From a virus (lineage: Duplodnaviria; Heunggongvirae; Uroviricota; Caudoviricetes): a stretch of 38,220 nt of DNA. The notes beneath the pieces were generated by a model. The model saw nothing but the letters and a program-made list of their open reading frames with translations. It did not search any database and was not told the DNA's origin. Below, piece by piece: positions 34,458-38,220 of this stretch (positions are counted from its first letter, which is position 1; every line of letters starts with the position of its first letter). The translations under genes and the position numbers were made by a program. The DNA is taken from IMG/VR virus record IMGVR_UViG_3300023371_004649; one strand, given 5' to 3'.

Positions 34458-36845
34458 TTGAAAATCACAAATCCCGTATTAGGTTCCAAAGTTGGAACAG
34501 AGCTTAGCCTTAGAGTGATAGTTTTGAAAATTATCTTCTTTAATGATGCAAATTATTATGGTGTATGCGAGTGCCAGGATGATAATGGTTATAAGTTTAT
34601 TGCTACTGGTAAATTCCCTACATCTTTATATGAAGGCCAAAGTTACGAATTTAACGGAACTGTATCATTCCAGAGAGGTTCCAATCAATTAGCAGTAACA
34701 TCTTATAAAAGTATTTTACCCTTTGACAAAAACTCAATGATTGCTTATTTGGCTACCTTACCGAACGTTAAATCTAAAGCAATTGCCATTTATCAGGAAT
34801 ACGGTAGAGACAGTCTTAAAATTTTGAGAACTGACCCTATGAGAGTAGCAAAAGAAATTAAAGGAATTGGCAAAATCACAGCTTTAAGATGCAAAGAAGC
34901 CCTAGACCTAATGACTATGTCAGAAGAGTCTATCCTTAAACTTTTAGAATACGGTTTAACCGCCACTGCAGCTAGAAAATTATATGACTTGTATAGCGAC
35001 AAAATTATTGGACTAATTGAAGCAAACCCCTATTTTTTGCTTAAAGAGGTAAAAGGTTATGGATTTAATAAATGTGATGCTATTGCAGAACAAATTGGAT
35101 ATAACCTTCATGGTCCAGAAAGATTATCGGCAGGAGTGGAATATACTCTAGAATTAGCACAATCAGACGGACATTGCTTCCTTCCGATTGACGAATTGAT
35201 TCAAAAGTCTTGTGAAGTTTTGTCCAAAAGATTATCTGTCCAAACAATGGCATATATTTTAAAAAATAAAATCACTAGATATAATTACAATAATAAAATT
35301 TATGATATTGACCTTAATGATATAGCAACAGCCTACAAAAAAGAAACTGGTACTCGCCATTTTGGAATAGATTATAGATATAAAATCGTTGAAATTTATA
35401 AACACGAAATAGAAAAAATAATCAGTAAATTAATTGCCTCTGGAGATTTAATTCAAACCGAAGAAAAAATCTATTTAAAGAAGATTTATAATGCTGAAAG
35501 ATACGTTGAAAACAAAATAATCTCAATGTGTTCTGGAAACAAACCATTACCGCTAAGTTTAAATAAAATTTTAGACGATATAGAATCTAATAGCGGATAT
35601 TTTTTAGAACCAGAACAAAAAGCAGCAATAAAGACTTGCCTATCTTATAACAAAGGTATTTTTACAATTACTGGCAGTGCAGGTTGTGGGAAAACATTCA
35701 CTATGAAATTATTTGTTGAAACCGCAAAAAAAATAGACCCATCCTTAAAAATCAAAATGTTCGCCCCCACTGGTAAGGCTGCAAAAGTGCTAAAGAACGC
35801 AACAGGATATAATTGTAAAACCATTCATAGAGGATTAGAATATTCTCCCGAACTTGGATTTACAAAAAATGAATTTAACCCAATTGAAGCAGATATTGTG
35901 GTTGTCGATGAGACAAGTATGCTAGATATTGAGCTACTATATCATTTTTTACGTGCTATTAAAACTAATACAAAACTTATTTTCTTAGGAGATGTAAATC
36001 AGCTTCAATCTGTTGGATGTGGAAATGTTCTGAATGATTTATTAAAGTCTCGAATTGTTAGAAACCAAGAATTATTAACAATTAAAAGACAAAGCCAGGA
36101 TTCTGGCATTATTATGAATGCAAATAACGTAATAAAATCAATCGTCCCAAATCAAGATTATAGCGATTTTATTTTTGAAAAAATTGAAGATGAAAACGAT
36201 ATAATGAATGATTTATTAGAAACTTATAAGAAATTAGTATCATCTGGAATTTCCATTGAAGATATACAAGTTTTAACTCCGCAAAAGAATAACACCTTTG
36301 GAACCTATAATTTAAACAGGGTTATACAGGAGATGGTAAATAAAAGAGCCTCTTTAGAAATCCCATATCGCACAGTTGGAGATTATACTCTTTCTTTTAA
36401 AGAAGGAGATAAAGTAATTCACACAAAAAATAACTACGACAAAGAATGGTTTGAATATACTCCCAATGGATATGAGCCAATTGGTGAATTCGGTATTTTT
36501 AATGGTGACTGTGGAATTGTTGATTCTATTTATTTAAACCCTATTACCAAAAAGAAAGAAATGTTTGTTAGATATGAAGATAAATATATTCGATATATCG
36601 GTGAGGATTTAGAAGAATTAGAATTAGCATATGCACTAACAATTCACAAATCTCAAGGTTCTGAATGGCCCCACGTAATTATTCCAATGTTAAAGCAGCA
36701 TTATGCTATGCTAAATAAACATATTCTTTATACTGCAATTACTAGAGCCAAGGAAGATTGCGTTTTATTCACTCAAAAACTTGCAATTGAAACGGCAATT
36801 AGCCGTTCGACACTACAAACAAGATATACAAATCTATGTATTTAA
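34458..36845 (+). CDS. recD2: ATP-dependent RecD2-like SF1B DNA helicase
   Basis: N-terminal OB/HhH regions, Walker A GSAGCGKT, APTGKAA, VDETSM, GDVNQL, YALTIHKSQGSE, LYTAITRAK. Confidence 0.93.
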   Translation: MKITNPVLGSKVGTELSLRVIVLKIIFFNDANYYGVCECQDDNGYKFIATGKFPTSLYEGQSYEFNGTVSFQRGSNQLAVTSYKSILPFDKNSMIAYLATLPNVKSKAIAIYQEYGRDSLKILRTDPMRVAKEIKGIGKITALRCKEALDLMTMSEESILKLLEYGLTATAARKLYDLYSDKIIGLIEANPYFLLKEVKGYGFNKCDAIAEQIGYNLHGPERLSAGVEYTLELAQSDGHCFLPIDELIQKSCEVLSKRLSVQTMAYILKNKITRYNYNNKIYDIDLNDIATAYKKETGTRHFGIDYRYKIVEIYKHEIEKIISKLIASGDLIQTEEKIYLKKIYNAERYVENKIISMCSGNKPLPLSLNKILDDIESNSGYFLEPEQKAAIKTCLSYNKGIFTITGSAGCGKTFTMKLFVETAKKIDPSLKIKMFAPTGKAAKVLKNATGYNCKTIHRGLEYSPELGFTKNEFNPIEADIVVVDETSMLDIELLYHFLRAIKTNTKLIFLGDVNQLQSVGCGNVLNDLLKSRIVRNQELLTIKRQSQDSGIIMNANNVIKSIVPNQDYSDFIFEKIEDENDIMNDLLETYKKLVSSGISIEDIQVLTPQKNNTFGTYNLNRVIQEMVNKRASLEIPYRTVGDYTLSFKEGDKVIHTKNNYDKEWFEYTPNGYEPIGEFGIFNGDCGIVDSIYLNPITKKKEMFVRYEDKYIRYIGEDLEELELAYALTIHKSQGSEWPHVIIPMLKQHYAMLNKHILYTAITRAKEDCVLFTQKLAIETAISRSTLQTRYTNLCI

Positions 36846-36860
36846 AGGAGAAATTCTTTT

Positions 36861-37190
36861 ATGATTTTAGAAATTTATTTAAAGACCGTTGAGCGATATA
36901 ACACTCCCCACAATAGAGACACTAATAAACGTATTAAATCAGTCAAAAAGAAGCTACTACTAAAACTCACTACATCATATTTACCTGAGTTAACTGAAAT
37001 TATCAATATTGAAAGCAAAAAATATAAAGTAATAAAGAAAATACGAATGATTGATTATGTATTAAACAAAGAATCTGATGCAGAATATTTCATTATAGAA
37101 GTTATCCCTTATTTTGAAGAAACTTTATACCATAACGGTTCTGATTCTTGGACGGAATATATTCCACTTGTTTGTGATATAGAAGATTAA
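36861..37190 (+). CDS. Hypothetical protein (109 aa)
   Basis: AAGGAG SD; last gene of the PARG-recD2 unit. Confidence 0.7.
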   Translation: MILEIYLKTVERYNTPHNRDTNKRIKSVKKKLLLKLTTSYLPELTEIINIESKKYKVIKKIRMIDYVLNKESDAEYFIIEVIPYFEETLYHNGSDSWTEYIPLVCDIED

Positions 37191-37197
37191 GAAAATC

Positions 37198-37228
37198 AAA
37201 AACCTCGCTATAAATAGCGAGGTTTTTT
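37198..37228 (+). terminator. Intrinsic terminator
   Basis: AAAAACCTCGCTAT-aa-ATAGCGAGGTTTTT. Confidence 0.85.
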
Positions 37229-37347
37229 GCTATAAAAAAATATCATGTTACAAGTGTAATTTCCTTATCTTTGCTTAATCCACACAATATAATACTAAAA
37301 GAGGACAAATCCTCGAAGTAAAAAACAAAACAAGGAGGGAATAAAAA

Positions 37348-37731
37348 ATGTTAGCATTAATGATAATTTTGAGTGCCCTTATGGTTTTTATGATTTTTAT
37401 TGCTTTGGGAGCCGCTATGTTTAACGCATCCATAAAAAAATGTGCAATCCATAGACATAGACCATTCTGGAGAGATAAAGTTCTTCATAATTTATATACC
37501 ATGGCATACTCAGCAATTTTTTCAACGATGCTAATAGCTTCCGTATGCTTTCCCACCTTCGCCTCTAGTTTTTATGAGCCAATTCAAATTGATATCCCCA
37601 CTCTACAAACAATTGTGGTTGAATCAGCAGAAGACATTTTGTATAAACTTATTCATTCTGGTGGCGTAAATATCTTTACTGAATTGAACGAAATTTCTAC
37701 TAGATTCGAAAATGAAGATGTTTTTAATTGA
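37348..37731 (+). CDS. Membrane protein, hypothetical (127 aa)
   Basis: AGGAGGG SD; two hydrophobic segments. Confidence 0.7.
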   Translation: MLALMIILSALMVFMIFIALGAAMFNASIKKCAIHRHRPFWRDKVLHNLYTMAYSAIFSTMLIASVCFPTFASSFYEPIQIDIPTLQTIVVESAEDILYKLIHSGGVNIFTELNEISTRFENEDVFN

Positions 37732-37744
37732 TAAATTAAAAACG

Positions 37745-37778
37745 AAAGTCCTTTTGGGTTACCCAAAAGGACTTTTTT
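37745..37778. terminator. Bidirectional intrinsic terminator
   Basis: AAAGTCCTTTTGGG-tta-CCCAAAAGGACTTT. Confidence 0.85.
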
Positions 37779-38046
37779 ATACAACGCTATTTAAAATACC
37801 AAGCCCAATACCCATTAATCCAACTCCCAAAATCATTCCAATAATAGCAATAACCAATAATCCGACTCCCACCAACAAAGTTATTTTTGCGTACCTCCAC
37901 ATTTTTTCCGCTCCTGGATAATGTGCGCAATTATAATTAACCGCTCCAATAATAGAAAATACTAAAGCTATAATCCCTATTATTCTATTAAGAAACAACA
38001 ATTCAGCAACGGACAACAAAATGTATAATACACTCTGATTTTTCAT
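37777..38046 (-). CDS. CD225/dispanin-like small membrane protein
   Basis: Start moved to ATG 38046 (AAGGGGG SD). IIGIIALVFS...YPGAEKMWRYAK + TM matches the dispanin GIVAI..S...GA...S..AK pattern. Confidence 0.6.
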   Translation of the reverse strand: MKNQSVLYILLSVAELLFLNRIIGIIALVFSIIGAVNYNCAHYPGAEKMWRYAKITLLVGVGLLVIAIIGMILGVGLMGIGLGILNSVV

Positions 38047-38147
38047 AGAAATTCCCCCTTTCAAATCTTTTATATTATATAACAATTACAGAATATAATA
38101 TATTATCCAGACATAAAAAGGCAAGAAAAATGAGAGGAGATATAAAT

Positions 38148-38220
38148 ATGCCGCACGAATATGATATTATTATCACTGGAGATGATTACCTACACACCCG
38201 CATCTATCTCACTTCCGCAG
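38148..38220 (+). CDS. 5' fragment of a gene truncated by the window end (MPHEYDIIITGDDYLHTRIYLTSA...)
   Basis: GAGGAG SD and ATG; the frame is open to the window edge. Confidence 0.55.
   Translation, partial: MPHEYDIIITGDDYLHTRIYLTSA

Noticed and set aside
35225-35400. Intein in RecD2
   Set aside because: There is no N-terminal C/S or C-terminal HN-C/S/T splice motif, and the segment is too short.
1-38220. Stop-codon reassignment, as in some gut jumbo phages
   Set aside because: Known proteins (GpsA, MetK, RecD2, ATPase, HtrA) are full length in code 11, coding density is high, and TGA is used as a real stop.
1-38220. CRISPR array, tRNA or rRNA
   Set aside because: I saw no regularly spaced direct repeats and no cloverleaf or T-loop signatures. 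The many inverted repeats are explained as terminators.

Overview
This is an AT-rich (about 30% GC by eye), gene-dense window with about 47 CDS in standard code 11. Strand orientation switches often and most transcription units hold 1-3 genes. Many units have a near-consensus sigmaA promoter (TTG(A/T)(C/T)T-17-TGTTATAAT; the 12-mer ATATGTTATAAT occurs exactly 9 times) and a strong, often bidirectional intrinsic terminator. Gene content is a mosaic. One part is Firmicutes housekeeping and envelope genes lifted out of their usual operons: gpsA, a variant metK, DUF1846, a Ca2+ P-type ATPase, HtrA, CtpA/S41, a site-2 protease, an SLH-transglutaminase, a metallophosphoesterase, RecD2, a PARG-type macrodomain, DUF1810 and two tandem GT-C-like membrane proteins. 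The other part is many short phage-like hypotheticals. I infer an accessory region of a giant extrachromosomal element (jumbo phage or megaplasmid) of a Clostridia/Bacilli-type host, but no virion or replicon hallmark gene is present to prove it. The best candidate for a new system is a GC-elevated two-gene module (1765-3472): a divergent DUF262/ParB-like protein plus a Vsr/DUF559-like nuclease, behind a structured leader. Other leads are a tandem GT-C plus motif-variant MetK operon, a catalytically dead membrane-anchored IrrE-like protein, a 47-bp IS200/IS605-derived mini-element, and unannotated small ORFs. I found no tRNA, rRNA or CRISPR array. All family calls come from motif recognition, not database searches.
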